Origin: an uncultured Methanoregulaceae archaeon
GTDB lineage: Archaea; Halobacteriota; Methanomicrobia; Methanomicrobiales; Methanospirillaceae
Length of the DNA: 64,000 bases
Assembly: GCA_963737635.1 (NCBI GenBank)
Contig: CAVTTL010000001.1
Location: forward strand, 768,001-832,000
Direction of reading: 5' to 3'
Position numbers and translations under genes: made by a program. The notes under the pieces are model-generated. The model did not search any database and was not told the DNA's origin. It worked only from the letters and a program-made list of their open reading frames with translations. This document shows, piece after piece, positions 62,642-64,000 of the stretch (position 1 is the first letter of the stretch; each line of letters opens with the position of its first letter).

Positions 62642-64000
62642 TTATTGGTATTCCGGCGGCTGGACTTTCGCAGGAAGGCCGCCCTTGAAGTGCTGCTGGA
62701 TCTTGCCGTAATAGTCTCGAAGGTTGTCATTCATGGTCGGGTGAACTTTCTTCTTTGCATCTTCAAAATGCTTCAGGGTGACATTTGAGGGAACTTTTCC
62801 TTTTTGGATTAACGATTTTACACTAGTTTCCAAATCGTCTTTGGACATTTTTGCAATGTCATGACCCGTAATTGTTAGATATTCGTTGAGATCTTTAAAT
62901 ACCGCTTCCTCATACGGAGCACCATTCTTTTGCTCGTTGTCGCCTCTTTTCGGCGGATTTGTGATAGTAACAATCTTCTCCAAATCTGACTTTACTAATG
63001 ATTTCGATTCAAAAGATTCTTTTTCTTGCAAATTTTTCAAAAACATTTCTATCGAATTTATTGCCTTATCTCGACTGATTATTTCACGCATTGCTAACAT
63101 TCCAGCTTCCCGACAAAGGGCTTCGAGATCCGCACCTACGAAACCATCGGTATTCTGGCTAAGAGATGTGATTTTCTCGTCTCGAGTCGGGTCCTCGAAC
63201 GTCAAATTCTTCTCGCGCATCAGATCTACCAGTCTTCGCCGCCTCGCACCTTTCGAGATCTTTGCATTCGCGTGCTTTATGGTGGCCTTTACAATTTCCG
63301 AAGTAATTTTTACATCCCTACCCAGTTTGTCGACCAGATCACTCAGTGCATCTTTAGTGTAACCTTCAGTCATGTCGACAATCATTTCGAACGCCTGCTC
63401 CTCGAACGTGAGATTCTTTTCGCGCATTAGATCGGACAGCCTTCGCTGCCTCTCACCCTTCAATTTTTTTGCTTCCTCATCTTTTTCCTTTATCGCGGAT
63501 TTTATGGTCTCTGCAGTAATTTTTGCATCTTTTCCCATTTTCTCGACAATCTCACCCAGTGCGTCCTCAGTGTACCCCTCAGTCAGGCAGACTATCTCTT
63601 CGAGCACCGAGCCTTCGAGCGGCATGAAAGCGGTATGTATCCCGATGATCTTACGCCGGTCTTCAAGTGTCGGCTCGCCGATGTAGACCAGCCGGTCGAA
63701 CCGGCCGGCCCGCAGGAGTGCTGGGTCCACAATATCCGGCCGGTTGGTCGCTCCCATAACAACGACATCCTTGAGTTCCTCGAGGCCGTCCATCTCGGTC
63801 AGGATCTGGTTAAGCACATTATCGATCACGTGGGAATCGCTTGAGGTTCCCCGGGCCGGGGCAAGCGCATCGATCTCGTCAAAAAAGATGATCGATGGTG
63901 ACACCTGCCGGGCCTTCCGGAAGATCTCCCGCACCGCCCGTTCGCTTTCACCCACCCATTTGGAGAGGAGCTGCGGGCCCCGTACTGGGATGAAATTGGC
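62642..64000 (-). CDS. cdc48: CDC48/VCP AAA+ ATPase, C-terminal part
   Basis: LLSKWVGESE, IIFFDEID, ATNRPDIVDPALLRAGRFDR, GADLEALCREAG. Confidence 0.95.
   Translation of the reverse strand, partial: ANFIPVRGPQLLSKWVGESERAVREIFRKARQVSPSIIFFDEIDALAPARGTSSDSHVIDNVLNQILTEMDGLEELKDVVVMGATNRPDIVDPALLRAGRFDRLVYIGEPTLEDRRKIIGIHTAFMPLEGSVLEEIVCLTEGYTEDALGEIVEKMGKDAKITAETIKSAIKEKDEEAKKLKGERQRRLSDLMREKNLTFEEQAFEMIVDMTEGYTKDALSDLVDKLGRDVKITSEIVKATIKHANAKISKGARRRRLVDLMREKNLTFEDPTRDEKITSLSQNTDGFVGADLEALCREAGMLAMREIISRDKAINSIEMFLKNLQEKESFESKSLVKSDLEKIVTITNPPKRGDNEQKNGAPYEEAVFKDLNEYLTITGHDIAKMSKDDLETSVKSLIQKGKVPSNVTLKHFEDAKKKVHPTMNDNLRDYYGKIQQHFKGGLPAKVQPPEYQ

Noticed and set aside
62790-63080. Intein in CDC48
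   Set aside because: No N-terminal Cys/Ser block, no His-Asn plus nucleophile end and no LAGLIDADG motifs.

Overview
Archaeal window whose gene content and protein styles point to a Methanomicrobiales (Methanoregula-like) methanogen; the taxonomy is inferred. There are four blocks. (1) 1-17.3 kb is a surface/nutrient block: a peptide/nickel-type ABC binding protein, six tandem archaeal type IV pilins, an ArnT/PMT-type glycosyltransferase, an IS1595 remnant, secreted paralogs, a methyltransferase, a PEGA-transglutaminase protein, FmdE and a TOBE protein. A TTAACMA-N7-TWGTTWA palindrome lies upstream of several of these. (2) 17.5-26.2 kb is housekeeping: pmbA, tldD, lonB, prs, nob1, a PyrE-like regulator, thermosome and tRNA-Ser(CGA). 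(3) 26.3-58.8 kb is an apparent phosphate-starvation region. It holds a Zn-phospholipase C-like gene with a glycosyltransferase, PhoU and an ArsC-like gene, two PilC/TadC platform proteins, two-component proteins and a KaiC-like protein. It also has a PstS fused to a type IV pilin N-terminus, PstC, a ~900-aa PstA fusion, PKD proteins, a PilB-type ATPase and a minor pilin; no PstB is present. (4) 59-64 kb holds a ligand-less cupredoxin, an Lhr helicase, a PCD-like gene and part of CDC48. The best candidate for a new system is a pilus-assembled phosphate-binding structure (bindosome-like), possibly co-regulated through a recurring ATCTATAATT-N8-ATCTCTATA motif. About 15 genes carry single-base frameshifts that are probably sequencing or assembly errors, so the fusions are manual reconstructions. 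All family calls come from motif recognition by eye; no searches were run.
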